A program made the translations under genes and the position numbers. The notes under the pieces are model-generated. The model did no database searches and was not told the DNA's origin. It was given only the letters and a program-made list of their open reading frames with translations. Positions 9,689-18,971 of a stretch of DNA of 64,000 nt are shown piece after piece. The DNA is from an uncultured virus (IMG/VR IMGVR_UViG_3300044635_001663) (lineage: Duplodnaviria; Heunggongvirae; Uroviricota; Caudoviricetes). Each line of letters begins with the position of its first letter. Within the stretch, counting starts at the first letter, position 1. The stretch is from positions 62,001 to 126,000 of IMG/VR virus record IMGVR_UViG_3300044635_001663. The stretch is one strand, 5' to 3'.

Positions 9689-10366
9689 ATGGTTGAACCA
9701 AGGCACCCTCTATCAGACAACGATCTGCACGACATACATTATTTAGGTATCGACATAAAAAATAGAGAATTATATCTACATAGTAGTACAGACTCAGAAG
9801 AAGAGACAGGAGTAGATTATAGATCAGCTGTTACTTTCGAAAAAAATATCAGGTATTTCAATTTAATATCTAACGATCCTATTCTAGTGCATATGCATTT
9901 GCCGGGAGGAGTATGGGAGGATTGTTTAGGAATGTATGATACTATTAAACACTCCAAGTCCAAAATAGCAATTTTAGCATATGCAAAAGTAGAGTCAGCA
10001 AGTAGCGTTCTATTACAAGCAGCAGACTTAAGAATTCTGATGCCAAATACTCACGTACTAATTCATTATGGATCATTGAGTGTAGACAACGAACACAAAG
10101 CAGTACTAAGTAATGTTCAATGGAGCGAAAAAGAATCTGATAAAATGATAGATATTTTTACTGATAGATGCATGAATAGCGATATGGCTAAAAACAAAAA
10201 TTGGAAAAAAATGATGGCAAAAAAACATATTGTGTCTCAATTGGCTAGTAGACATGATTGGATTTTAAACTCGGAAGATGCGGTATCATATGGTTTTGCC
10301 GATGGTGTATTAGGAAGTAAAAGATTTCCAACTATAGACAGCATCAAGTCTTTTAAGAAAAAATAA
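9689..10366 (+). CDS. clpP: ClpP-family protease
   Basis: PGG, ESAS (Ser), LIHY (His), HDWILN (Asp), AVSYGFAD. Confidence 0.8.
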   Translation: MVEPRHPLSDNDLHDIHYLGIDIKNRELYLHSSTDSEEETGVDYRSAVTFEKNIRYFNLISNDPILVHMHLPGGVWEDCLGMYDTIKHSKSKIAILAYAKVESASSVLLQAADLRILMPNTHVLIHYGSLSVDNEHKAVLSNVQWSEKESDKMIDIFTDRCMNSDMAKNKNWKKMMAKKHIVSQLASRHDWILNSEDAVSYGFADGVLGSKRFPTIDSIKSFKKK

Positions 10367-10368
10367 TT

Positions 10369-11037
10369 ATGCACCATATTGAGTATGGTTACTATGATAT
10401 AGCTAGTAATGAACTAGAAACTAAACAAACTATAGAAAAAGCACTCATATATAATCCTAGTGTTATTTCTGTCTTTCCGTACTATCTCAAAGGTATTAAA
10501 AATCACATAACAAAGAATTCGGCCAAACTTTCTACTATTATAGATTATCCGTTTGGTGTGTCTGATCTTAAATCAAGACAAAGTTCTGTTGAATTAGCAA
10601 TAAAAAATGGAGCAGAAATAATAGAGCTTGTGACGCCAGCCCACCTTCTGTGTAATAGAAAGTACGATAAATTTAGAGAAGATATTAATACTCATAAAAG
10701 TATTTGTTCTGAAAATAATATAGAGCTTAGATATGTTCTAGAATATAGGGTATTTACTCTAGAATTGTTATATAAAATATGTCAAATTTTGGTTGGACAC
10801 AAAATTGATACTATTTATCCATCTTCTAATCATTTATTAGATAATTTAGCCGATAATATCCTAGCGTCTGTCATGATTAATCAAAAAATTGACAACATTA
10901 AGATAGTAGTTAATGGTAACGCTTGGACAGATTCTCATGTAGACACTTTGTTATCTAATAAAAAAATATATGCATATAAAACGAATAATATATATACTTT
11001 AGAAAAAATTAGCAAAAAATTACAAACTAATACTTAA
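10369..11037 (+). CDS. Deoxyribose-phosphate aldolase-like protein, probably inactive
   Basis: TIIDYPFG...AIKNGAEIIELV...VLE resembles DeoC; YPSSN stands where KTSTG would be. Confidence 0.65.
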   Translation: MHHIEYGYYDIASNELETKQTIEKALIYNPSVISVFPYYLKGIKNHITKNSAKLSTIIDYPFGVSDLKSRQSSVELAIKNGAEIIELVTPAHLLCNRKYDKFREDINTHKSICSENNIELRYVLEYRVFTLELLYKICQILVGHKIDTIYPSSNHLLDNLADNILASVMINQKIDNIKIVVNGNAWTDSHVDTLLSNKKIYAYKTNNIYTLEKISKKLQTNT

Positions 11038-11047
11038 AACATAAATT

Positions 11048-11064
11048 TTGGGGTATACATTATT
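11048..11064 (+). promoter_or_regulatory. Putative phage promoter motif TTGGGGTATACATTATT
   Basis: Intergenic variant of the recurring motif. Confidence 0.45.
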
Positions 11065-11096
11065 GTCTATTAACCCTATTTTCAATGGAGAATACA

Positions 11097-11630
11097 ATGG
11101 CCTCAATCCAACAAAATGGTTCTTCTACCACATCTTCATCTACCAAAAATAATGGTGGTACTGGATTAAATGTTGGCAACACATCTACAGTATTAGAGAC
11201 TAGAGCACTAGGAGCTTCCAATGTTGGAGTTTTTGCTTCTACTCCAGTTGATAATGCTTGGGCTAACGAAGCAGTTTCAGCCGGTGTGTTTGCTTACAAT
11301 AATTCTAGCCCAGTAGCCCCAAGATTAACAACTACTTTATCTGGTGTTACTAATAATGCTCTTCGTAGTGGAGCAAATGTTCCAGGTTTACTAAGAAGTA
11401 TTCATAAAATTGAAGCTCTTAGAACAACCAAAACATCAAGTGGTATTAGAGCTAACAAGTACAATAGATTTACCGGAGCATGGGATGCTGAATATCCTCA
11501 AGTATCTAATGATTCTTTATCAGAGGATACAGCAGCAAACCCAACAAGATCAGCCCCTGGTCAACTAACATACAAGTTAGGCAATCCAGTTCCTGTTAGT
11601 AATAATGACTATAAAGCCAAAACCGGTTGA
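11097..11630 (+). CDS. Putative virion structural protein (S/T/N/G/A-rich)
   Basis: Composition; GGAG RBS; has its own promoter motif and terminator. Confidence 0.55.
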   Translation: MASIQQNGSSTTSSSTKNNGGTGLNVGNTSTVLETRALGASNVGVFASTPVDNAWANEAVSAGVFAYNNSSPVAPRLTTTLSGVTNNALRSGANVPGLLRSIHKIEALRTTKTSSGIRANKYNRFTGAWDAEYPQVSNDSLSEDTAANPTRSAPGQLTYKLGNPVPVSNNDYKAKTG

Positions 11631-11665
11631 TATCGTTAAAACTAACTTTTCATAGATATGATTAG

Positions 11666-11706
11666 AAGCCAAGGATGCTGAACAGTGTCTTTGGCTTTTA
11701 ATTTTA
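11666..11706 (+). terminator. Intrinsic terminator
   Basis: AAGCCAAGGATGCTG-AA-CAGTGTCTTTGGCTT stem (with G-U pairs) followed by a T-rich tract. Confidence 0.75.
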
Positions 11707-11718
11707 CGGAGACATAAT

Positions 11719-12036
11719 ATGCAAGAAACCATTATACATTTTTGGGAAAACATTGCTACAACAAGTATTGGTATAGTAGTAACCATGATGGGTTTTTGGG
11801 TAGCTATAGGACGTAATATGGCAAGCAAGTCGGAAGTATTAGCGATGATAGAAACACAGTCTCCATATGTTCATGATAGACAATTTATTATGGAAAGATT
11901 AAATAGTGGAAAAGAAAGTCAAGCAGCTTTCGCTGCTGCTTTACAAAGAAATACAGAAGTTATGAACGAATTAAAGGTTCAAATTGCTATGTTAGGCAAA
12001 ACTTTAGAAGCACTAGAAGATAGAATAGAAAGGTAA
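11719..12036 (+). CDS. Single-TM coiled-coil membrane protein (holin/antiholin-like)
   Basis: Hydrophobic N-terminal helix, coiled C-terminus, GGAG RBS. Confidence 0.55.
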   Translation: MQETIIHFWENIATTSIGIVVTMMGFWVAIGRNMASKSEVLAMIETQSPYVHDRQFIMERLNSGKESQAAFAAALQRNTEVMNELKVQIAMLGKTLEALEDRIER

Positions 12037-12045
12037 TTTAATTTT

Positions 12046-12258
12046 ATGGCAAACGATATAAATAAAGCAATTAGTGGTAATCAGATAAAAAACGGAACAA
12101 CAGTTGTTACAACAACAGTTGCCGGAGAGTATTCCACAATAGACACATATGTTAAAAATACTCCAACGATTAGTGATATTGAAGATAAATACGATAATAG
12201 ATTCTATAATGGTATTTTTGTTCAATTAGTTGGCGACCAAACAGTAATAGGTGGTTAA
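12046..12258 (+). CDS. Hypothetical protein
   Basis: ORF abutting the next gene. Confidence 0.5.
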   Translation: MANDINKAISGNQIKNGTTVVTTTVAGEYSTIDTYVKNTPTISDIEDKYDNRFYNGIFVQLVGDQTVIGG

Positions 12259-12519
12259 ATGAGTATACAACGTATTAATGAATTTCCAGCAGCTAGTGGT
12301 TTAACTAGCGATGATATATTTTTAATTATGGATGACCCATCAGGATCTGCTTTGACAAAAAAGGTCTCAGTATCTGTTCTTCATTCTGGTTTAGTTCAAA
12401 GTAACACTAGTTTAGTTAGTAATTCTGTTCGTATCACAAACATGATTAGCATTTCTCAAAGCAACTACGACAATCTCGCTACAAAAGACGCTAATACCTT
12501 ATATATCATTAGGGGTTAA
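12259..12519 (+). CDS. Tail fibre-associated small protein
   Basis: RINEFPAASGLTSDDIFLIMD..TKKVSV and SQSNYDNLATKDANTLYII modules typical of phage fibres. Confidence 0.6.
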   Translation: MSIQRINEFPAASGLTSDDIFLIMDDPSGSALTKKVSVSVLHSGLVQSNTSLVSNSVRITNMISISQSNYDNLATKDANTLYIIRG

Positions 12520-12527
12520 AAGTTTGT

Positions 12528-13148
12528 ATGCCAACAGTAAACAGTGATATATTTTTAAGTGACTCTAATATAACTTCTATTAAATTAGGGAATATAGATA
12601 TTTCTAAAGCATTTTTAGGAAATAATTTAGTTTTTGAAAAAACAGGTTTTGGTAGTTCTGGGTTTCAGTGGATGAATATAGGTTCTGTTACTTCCAGTAC
12701 TGCTTCTGGAATTGGTCAGAACAATATCACGATCTCAATCACACAAACTGGTGGAGGTATGGATGCTCATACTGGCATGGTTGGTGGCACAACCTTTCCC
12801 GAAGCTTACGGAGTACCACTTAGTGGAACTCAAATTAAAAATACTCAAGCAGGTATCTTTACTGCAACTTTCAGTCAACCCGTTAATAATGCATTAGTCG
12901 CATTTGCTAGCGTTGGACAGGGAGGTACTCCAGTTCCTGTACAAGTATCAGCACCATTTACTCCAATATGGGAAACACTTACAACATATCAAAATCCAGT
13001 AAATGCTACTCAATATTCTCAGTTTACTGGAGAAGAAGGATACAATATAATTCGAATAGATGGAACTGTAACCACTGTGACTTTCAATTATACTGTTAGT
13101 GAAAACTATTGCACAGTTTGTTTCGGATTTGTTGATCAAAACGCATAA
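12528..13148 (+). CDS. Putative fibre/receptor-binding protein
   Basis: IKLGNIDISKAFLGNNLVF adaptor followed by a beta-rich T/G/S domain. Confidence 0.5.
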   Translation: MPTVNSDIFLSDSNITSIKLGNIDISKAFLGNNLVFEKTGFGSSGFQWMNIGSVTSSTASGIGQNNITISITQTGGGMDAHTGMVGGTTFPEAYGVPLSGTQIKNTQAGIFTATFSQPVNNALVAFASVGQGGTPVPVQVSAPFTPIWETLTTYQNPVNATQYSQFTGEEGYNIIRIDGTVTTVTFNYTVSENYCTVCFGFVDQNA

Positions 13149-13154
13149 TACTAA

Positions 13155-13169
13155 TTGGTGTATTATATT
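13155..13169 (+). promoter_or_regulatory. Putative phage promoter motif TTGGTGTATTATATT
   Basis: Intergenic, ahead of the membrane/protease operon. Confidence 0.55.
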
Positions 13170-13202
13170 CTGGTCTAATTTTATCTTTAATTGGAGACTA
13201 AA

Positions 13203-13529
13203 ATGGTTAAACCCGGTTATAGAACTAGTGAATTTTGGTTTACATTAGTGAGTTTCTTATTTAGTGGCTTATATTTAATAGGACTATTAGATAGCAATAC
13301 TCAAAAAGAAGACTTGATCCAAGAAACTAGTAGAGGCTTAGAAGCTACAATTTTGATTATTGGTCAGCTTACTGTGCTATTCAAATACGTTAAGGGGAGA
13401 ACAGACCTTAAAAAGACTTGGTGGAATACAGCAACCCCAGAAGAAAGAAAAGAAGCTAATAAAAAGAATAGTCAACCATTAAGAAAAAAGAGAAAGAAAA
13501 ATGCAAACCCAAAACCTGTCAGTAAATGA
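13203..13529 (+). CDS. Holin-like membrane protein
   Basis: KPGYRTSEFW, two hydrophobic segments, very basic C-tail; RBS GGAG. Confidence 0.5.
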   Translation: MVKPGYRTSEFWFTLVSFLFSGLYLIGLLDSNTQKEDLIQETSRGLEATILIIGQLTVLFKYVKGRTDLKKTWWNTATPEERKEANKKNSQPLRKKRKKNANPKPVSK

Positions 13530-13926
13530 TCTTGGAGATCTAGTAATTAAAGCTAAAGAAATTCTTAAAAGCGCAAAAGCAGTAGCAGTACCACAAGCAT
13601 GGAATATTTTGCAACTAGCTACAGCAGAAGTTATTCAAAGCATAGAGAACAATAGTCCCTCACTTAAGGGGGCTGATAAAAAAACACTGGCTATGACTAT
13701 GATCTCTAACTTTTATGATCAAGTATTTACAATAATAAATTTTCCATTTGTGCCACAGATTCTACAGCCTATTATACAGAAGTATGTGAAACAGATTCTC
13801 ATGCTTTTGGTTAGTGCCACTATTGATGCTTTAGTTACTACGTTTAGAAATAGTGGAATTTTTGTTGATCCAAGCGCTAAAGTTGATTCTGTCGTTGATA
13901 ATACTCCAAAAGTGTCAGATAAATAA
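13501..13926 (+). CDS. Hypothetical helical protein
   Basis: GADKK motif, amphipathic helices. Confidence 0.55.
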   Translation: MQTQNLSVNDLGDLVIKAKEILKSAKAVAVPQAWNILQLATAEVIQSIENNSPSLKGADKKTLAMTMISNFYDQVFTIINFPFVPQILQPIIQKYVKQILMLLVSATIDALVTTFRNSGIFVDPSAKVDSVVDNTPKVSDK

Positions 13927-13936
13927 GGAAAATAAA

Positions 13937-14329
13937 ATGAATTTTACAGAGAGCTTTCAAGAATTTAGTAGTAAACTGAGCACAACGGATTTGGCTCTTT
14001 ATGCCGGTGTTGGTATTGTACTATGGGTTTTGTTTAAGGACAAACTTAGTCCAGTACAAAAACTCCTTATGGGTTTAGTCGATAGGTTCAAGGGTACGGG
14101 TGGGTCTGCGTTACCAGTGGTTACAGTACCTTCAGTATCCCCAGTAGTTGTTCCAAAGGGAACTGATGTTGAAGATACCTTTTTTAAATTAGTGGTTTCA
14201 TGGAAACAAACTCGTGACTTAGCTGTTCAGAGCGGTTGTTCTGAAGCCGTTAAAGTTGCTGATCAAATGTTTCCATTTTTAAGTCCAAATGTATGTAAGC
14301 AAAAACCGAATGAGGATAAGGTATCATGA
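13937..14329 (+). CDS. Membrane protein
   Basis: TM LALYAGVGIVLWVLF; RBS AAGGA. Confidence 0.6.
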   Translation: MNFTESFQEFSSKLSTTDLALYAGVGIVLWVLFKDKLSPVQKLLMGLVDRFKGTGGSALPVVTVPSVSPVVVPKGTDVEDTFFKLVVSWKQTRDLAVQSGCSEAVKVADQMFPFLSPNVCKQKPNEDKVS

Positions 14330-14817
14330 ACCAAAAAAATATATTACTAGGATTAGCTATCTTATTAATCTTTGTTGGTTTGCTCAAGCCAGAGTTTTCA
14401 AATATTCTTGGTCCAAACAAACCAGTATCAGTAGACGTTTTAGAATTACCGACACCAACAGATGAAGCTCTTAAAAAAGAAGCAGAAGATGTCGTTACAG
14501 TTCTAAAAGAAGCTGGGGCTAAAGCAGACGCTAGAAGATTAAGAGATTTGTATATGGATTTGGCAAAGCTTGTTGAGCTTGACGGAGAAAACGAAGTAGT
14601 TAAAAACACAGAAGAAATTCGTCAAGCCAATAGTTTGGCTGGTGTTATGCTTAGGCTAGATATTAAGGGTAAGTATCCTGATCTAGCCAAAGAAGCAAAA
14701 GAAGTAGTAGTAGCTTCTATTGGTGATGATCAAATTCTTTTATCCAAAGAGCTAAGAGCCAAAGCTGTAGAAGGTCTTAATGCTTTAGCTTGGGCTTGTA
14801 ATATGGGATCAAAATAA
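14326..14817 (+). CDS. N-terminally anchored or exported protein
   Basis: Signal/TM ILLGLAILLIFVGLL. Confidence 0.6.
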   Translation: MNQKNILLGLAILLIFVGLLKPEFSNILGPNKPVSVDVLELPTPTDEALKKEAEDVVTVLKEAGAKADARRLRDLYMDLAKLVELDGENEVVKNTEEIRQANSLAGVMLRLDIKGKYPDLAKEAKEVVVASIGDDQILLSKELRAKAVEGLNALAWACNMGSK

Positions 14818-15740
14818 TGCCTAGACTATCTCCAAAAGAATTATATGATAATTATCGTAAAGGATTTAGTGGCTGCGTATGGGAGCAGCATGTATATGAT
14901 CATTTGATGGAAACTTCCAAGTATCCATTATTTGGTGATGCTAGCAAAAGAATTAGCGGTAGTGGCAAAGGGAAGCTTTCAACACCATACAAGAGTGTGT
15001 TAAAGTTTGATAAGCATCCTTACAATGAAAGACAAACCACTGGAGATTGTGTGAGCCATGGAACACGAAACGCTTGTGATGTTACGAGAGCAGTAGAAAT
15101 AGATATACATAACGAGAGAGAGGATTGGATAGCAAAAGGAGCAACAGAAGCTATTTATGGTTATCGTGGATTTTCTGGTCAGGGCATGAGTTGTGCTAGA
15201 GCAGCAGAATTTGTTAGCAAGGTCGGAGGTATTGTTGTTAGAAAAAATTATGGTTTTGTAGATTTTAGTAAGTATAATGGTAATTTGGGAGCCGGATGGG
15301 GTGGTAGAGGTCTTCCAGATAAAGTATTAGACCTTTCTAACGATCACCAGATAAAGACAGCTTCATTAATACGAACAGTAGAAGAAGCTAGAGATGCTCT
15401 TGCTAACGGTTATGGATTAGCAGTATGTTCTAATTATGGCTTTAGTAATACTAGAGATAAAAGGGGATTTGCTAGAACATCAGGCAATTGGGCTCATTGC
15501 ATGGCTTGGATAGCTTGTGACGATACTGGAAGTGAGCCAGCATTTCTTGTGCAAAATAGCTGGGGGAAATGGAATGATGGTGGACACCCAGAATGGGGTC
15601 CAATTCCAGACGGTTCATTTTTAATTCATGCTGATGCTGCTGCTGGAATGTTATCGGCCAATGGTTCCTATGCTTTTAGTGGATTTGACGGTTTTCCACT
15701 ACAAAAACTACCAAGCTATGGTTTTGAAGATTACCTATAA
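14817..15740 (+). CDS. Papain-like (C1) cysteine peptidase
   Basis: Q..GDCVSHG, WAHCMA, LVQNSWG: Gln/Cys/His/Asn catalytic set. Confidence 0.85.
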   Translation: MPRLSPKELYDNYRKGFSGCVWEQHVYDHLMETSKYPLFGDASKRISGSGKGKLSTPYKSVLKFDKHPYNERQTTGDCVSHGTRNACDVTRAVEIDIHNEREDWIAKGATEAIYGYRGFSGQGMSCARAAEFVSKVGGIVVRKNYGFVDFSKYNGNLGAGWGGRGLPDKVLDLSNDHQIKTASLIRTVEEARDALANGYGLAVCSNYGFSNTRDKRGFARTSGNWAHCMAWIACDDTGSEPAFLVQNSWGKWNDGGHPEWGPIPDGSFLIHADAAAGMLSANGSYAFSGFDGFPLQKLPSYGFEDYL

Positions 15741-15771
15741 AACAATCTGAGCAAATAATCAGGGATGGCAG

Positions 15772-15787
15772 TTGGTGTAATAATATT
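15772..15787 (+). promoter_or_regulatory. Putative phage promoter motif TTGGTGTAATAATATT
   Basis: Intergenic, 30 bp before ATG 15818. Confidence 0.55.
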
Positions 15788-15817
15788 GTATCCTTTCTTT
15801 TTACAGAGATTATTTCT

Positions 15818-16006
15818 ATGAGATTAATAGATAGAATAGCTCTCAACAGAGCAATACAAATGCTTTTAGATTTTATCTTAGCTATCATTAAGATGTTTGA
15901 TAAAAGTACTCCTGAAAATAAACCAGACAGTCCAGTAAAACCAAAACCAAAAAGACCCTTGAAAGATTTGGTGGACAATATCCTTCCGTGGAGAGAACGA
16001 AAATGA
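15818..16006 (+). CDS. Small hypothetical protein
   Basis: Amphipathic N-terminus, Pro/Lys-rich; ATGA overlap with the next gene. Confidence 0.55.
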   Translation: MRLIDRIALNRAIQMLLDFILAIIKMFDKSTPENKPDSPVKPKPKRPLKDLVDNILPWRERK

Positions 16007-16296
16007 ATAAATTATTTATTGGTTTATTCTGTGTCAGTTTATTATTTGCTGAGGGACGCTATTATGGGTCAACAACAGCCCCTGTAACACTTGCTGGCGG
16101 CATAATTAAAGCCAAGCATTCACAAGAAGTTACTAAAAAATATAAGAGAAAAGACTGTCCAGTATGCAAGGGCAAGGGATGGTATATAAGTGGAGATGGT
16201 ATCAAAAAAATCGATTGTCAATATTGTGAAGAAGCTCCCACAACAGCTAATTCTCAAGACCTTAAAAACTGTAAAACACAACTTATTAAGAAATAA
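16003..16296 (+). CDS. Exported protein with a CxxCxGxG zinc-finger motif
   Basis: Signal peptide; CPVCKGKG...CQYC. Confidence 0.6.
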   Translation: MNKLFIGLFCVSLLFAEGRYYGSTTAPVTLAGGIIKAKHSQEVTKKYKRKDCPVCKGKGWYISGDGIKKIDCQYCEEAPTTANSQDLKNCKTQLIKK

Positions 16297-16301
16297 TACC
16301 C

Positions 16302-16697
16302 ATGAGTAATAATGAGATCATTCTTAAAAATTTAGCAGAAAAGGTGTTGGCTCAGGTGCCAATGCAAAATAAAGATAAATATGGTAGTGTCATAGTAATA
16401 CTGATGATTATTAGTATCATTTTGACAGCAATAAGAACTATTCAAGAATGTAATAAATCTAAATTAGATGGTTTAAAATTTAAAGAAAAATGTGACACAT
16501 ATGGCGCACAAATCAAACAGCTATCAATTAAACGAGGCTGGTTTACCAAAATGAGATTGAAAAAAATTATACGTAGAGAATTAGATAAAGAAGATTATAG
16601 AGATTATGGAGCAAGTTTAGTTGATGCTATTTTAAATACAGGAGAAAACCTCACGGAAGATGAACTTACAGCTTTAATGGAGACTTCAAATGGTTAG
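16302..16697 (+). CDS. Membrane protein
   Basis: TM VIVILMIISIILTAI. Confidence 0.6.
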   Translation: MSNNEIILKNLAEKVLAQVPMQNKDKYGSVIVILMIISIILTAIRTIQECNKSKLDGLKFKEKCDTYGAQIKQLSIKRGWFTKMRLKKIIRRELDKEDYRDYGASLVDAILNTGENLTEDELTALMETSNG

Positions 16698-16944
16698 CTT
16701 ATTAACGTGGTGTATATATGGAATATTTGTTGGGAGTATAGCTAAGTCTATTATTCCTGGCGAAGAAAATTTTGGTTTCTTAAAAACAGTGGCTCTCGGT
16801 GTGGCTGGCTCATACATGGGAGGAGCTATACTTTATTTATTGGGCAAATATAGTTCTTTGGAACCAGCTGGCTTATTTATGGGTATTGCTGGAGCATGTG
16901 TATCAATTTTATTGTACAATAAACTAACAAAAAAAAGCGATTAA
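16690..16944 (+). CDS. GlsB/YeaQ/YmgE family membrane protein
   Basis: W.IYG..VG.IAK.IIPG..LGVAGS..GG..IAGA pattern, three TMs. Confidence 0.8.
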   Translation: MVSLLTWCIYGIFVGSIAKSIIPGEENFGFLKTVALGVAGSYMGGAILYLLGKYSSLEPAGLFMGIAGACVSILLYNKLTKKSD

Positions 16945-17083
16945 TTTAATGGACCATAGGCTTCTTTTGTGTCTTTAGCTGAAACAGCTAATATAACAAG
17001 ATACACGGCAAGTCTCGACAAATAACGGATATTAAGAATAGGAACAGTAGTATACTAAAGGAATATTCATTAGTATAAGGTTT

Positions 17084-18022
17084 ATGAAAACTAAAAAAAT
17101 AGCAGTATGTTTGTGGCTATTTCATGAACAGCTCAGAGAAGAGTATTTTAAATTATTATATCCATTAAAAGAATATATAGATTTATTTTTAGGATTACCA
17201 AAAGATTGTGATGATCAAACAATCAAATTATTTACTAACTATTTTTCTAATATCTATATTAATTTATTTAATAATGAAGGGGCGGATATATTACCCTTTT
17301 TATATCAATTAGAACAAATTATTGATAAATATGAATACTGTATTAAAATACATTCTAAAAAAAGCAAATGGGGAGTTTATAGACATTGTGAATGGAGAGC
17401 AATGCTCTTAAATGATCTAATAGGATCTCCAACTATTTTAGCTAATAATTTATATAAATTAGAAAATAATCAATATAACATGTTGGGTAATAAATTCTTT
17501 ATTTTTCATAATAGAGAATCATTTCATACAAATAAAATAATAGAAATTATGCAGAGTTGCAACGTTGTGTCGAACAGCAAAGACTTTTGTGCGGGGACGA
17601 TGTTTATGTCCAAGTGCAGTAACTTGCGAGTGTTTCTTGATCATTTTGACTATATTCATAGTTTGCTGTCGCAAGAAACTTTAAAAGTAAAAGAAAAAAA
17701 AATAGGAACATATTGTCATGCTATGGAAAGAGTATTTGGTTATGTTTCTAATATAGGAGCATCTGATATTCCAACCATAAAAATACAATCCGATCTAACT
17801 AATCAGTTAACATCTGAGTCATTTTTGAATCTGGTTCATTTATACAATAATCAATGTTATATTCAAGAAAACGCACACATATACGGGAAAATTATAGATC
17901 ACCATCCAGAATATTTTGATATTTATTGGTTATATATTACAGATTCTAGTAAACAAAAAAAATACAGATATTTTAAAGATTACTCTAACACACACAAAAC
18001 GGAGTTCTATCATCGTGCCTAA
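17084..18022 (+). CDS. Rhamnan synthesis F (RgpF)-like glycosyltransferase
   Basis: N.GADILPF, KIHSKKS, WR, FCAGTMF, HAMER. Confidence 0.8.
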   Translation: MKTKKIAVCLWLFHEQLREEYFKLLYPLKEYIDLFLGLPKDCDDQTIKLFTNYFSNIYINLFNNEGADILPFLYQLEQIIDKYEYCIKIHSKKSKWGVYRHCEWRAMLLNDLIGSPTILANNLYKLENNQYNMLGNKFFIFHNRESFHTNKIIEIMQSCNVVSNSKDFCAGTMFMSKCSNLRVFLDHFDYIHSLLSQETLKVKEKKIGTYCHAMERVFGYVSNIGASDIPTIKIQSDLTNQLTSESFLNLVHLYNNQCYIQENAHIYGKIIDHHPEYFDIYWLYITDSSKQKKYRYFKDYSNTHKTEFYHRA

Positions 18023-18971
18023 AAAAATTGCTGTTATAGTGTGGTTGTACCACACAGAGATATGGCCTGAGCTACTATCTTTACTTAAGCCACTTAATCC
18101 ATATATTAAATTATATATGTGTTTGTGTGAAGATCATTCAGTCGCTAACAAGGTTGTTATTGACGATATACAAAATTCAATTAGTGATTTTAGCATAAAA
18201 ATTTATCCAAATATTGGAGGAGATGTATCTTCTTTCTTACATGAAATTTCTAATATAGATCCTAACGAACATCCGCTTTTTATTAAATTACATTCTAAGA
18301 TATCTATTTTAACTAAAAGATATTTAGCGGATTGGAGAGGCATGTTATTTAATGATTTAATAGGTTCCAAAGAAACTCTATTGTCTAATATTAATAATTT
18401 TATGACTAATCCTAAATGCGGCATGATTGCTAATACAGCTCTTTTACTAAAAAACTACGAAACTTCCAATCATAAAAAAATAAAATCATTATGTAATTAC
18501 TTAAATATTAAATATAATAAAATTTCTAATAAAAATTTTATTGCTGGTACAATGTTTATGTCCAGAACATCTCTGTTCAAAAAATATTTTAATACAGAAT
18601 CATCATCTTATTTGTTGTCTCTTGTAAATCGAGAAGTAGCAAAAGTAGAAGACAGAATAGACGGAGGGACGTTTTGTCATTCTCTGGAAAGAGTTTTTTG
18701 TTATCTAGTCTACTATAATAAATTATGGATATATGAAGCCAGACGCAAAAAACAATATAAACTAATATGCAATTACTCAGATAAGAATAAGTTTCATATA
18801 ATTGTATTACATAATCGAAAGTGCTATATCAGAGAAAATCCTAATCTATGGGGATCCGTATTGAACGACACCGAAGACAGTCTTATTATCAAGTGGCAAG
18901 ATTTTATCAGTTGTTCGTATCAAAAATATCACAAGCTTAATTTTCAGACTATAATACAAAATAAAATATGA
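18015..18971 (+). CDS. RgpF-like glycosyltransferase (tandem paralogue)
   Basis: NIGGDV, KLHSK, FIAGTMF, HSLER; GTG start aligns with the paralogue. Confidence 0.8.
   Translation: MPKKIAVIVWLYHTEIWPELLSLLKPLNPYIKLYMCLCEDHSVANKVVIDDIQNSISDFSIKIYPNIGGDVSSFLHEISNIDPNEHPLFIKLHSKISILTKRYLADWRGMLFNDLIGSKETLLSNINNFMTNPKCGMIANTALLLKNYETSNHKKIKSLCNYLNIKYNKISNKNFIAGTMFMSRTSLFKKYFNTESSSYLLSLVNREVAKVEDRIDGGTFCHSLERVFCYLVYYNKLWIYEARRKKQYKLICNYSDKNKFHIIVLHNRKCYIRENPNLWGSVLNDTEDSLIIKWQDFISCSYQKYHKLNFQTIIQNKI

Noticed and set aside
16945..17083. Intergenic gap as a tRNA, ncRNA or small ORF
   Set aside because: No cloverleaf, convincing stem or coherent ORF found by eye
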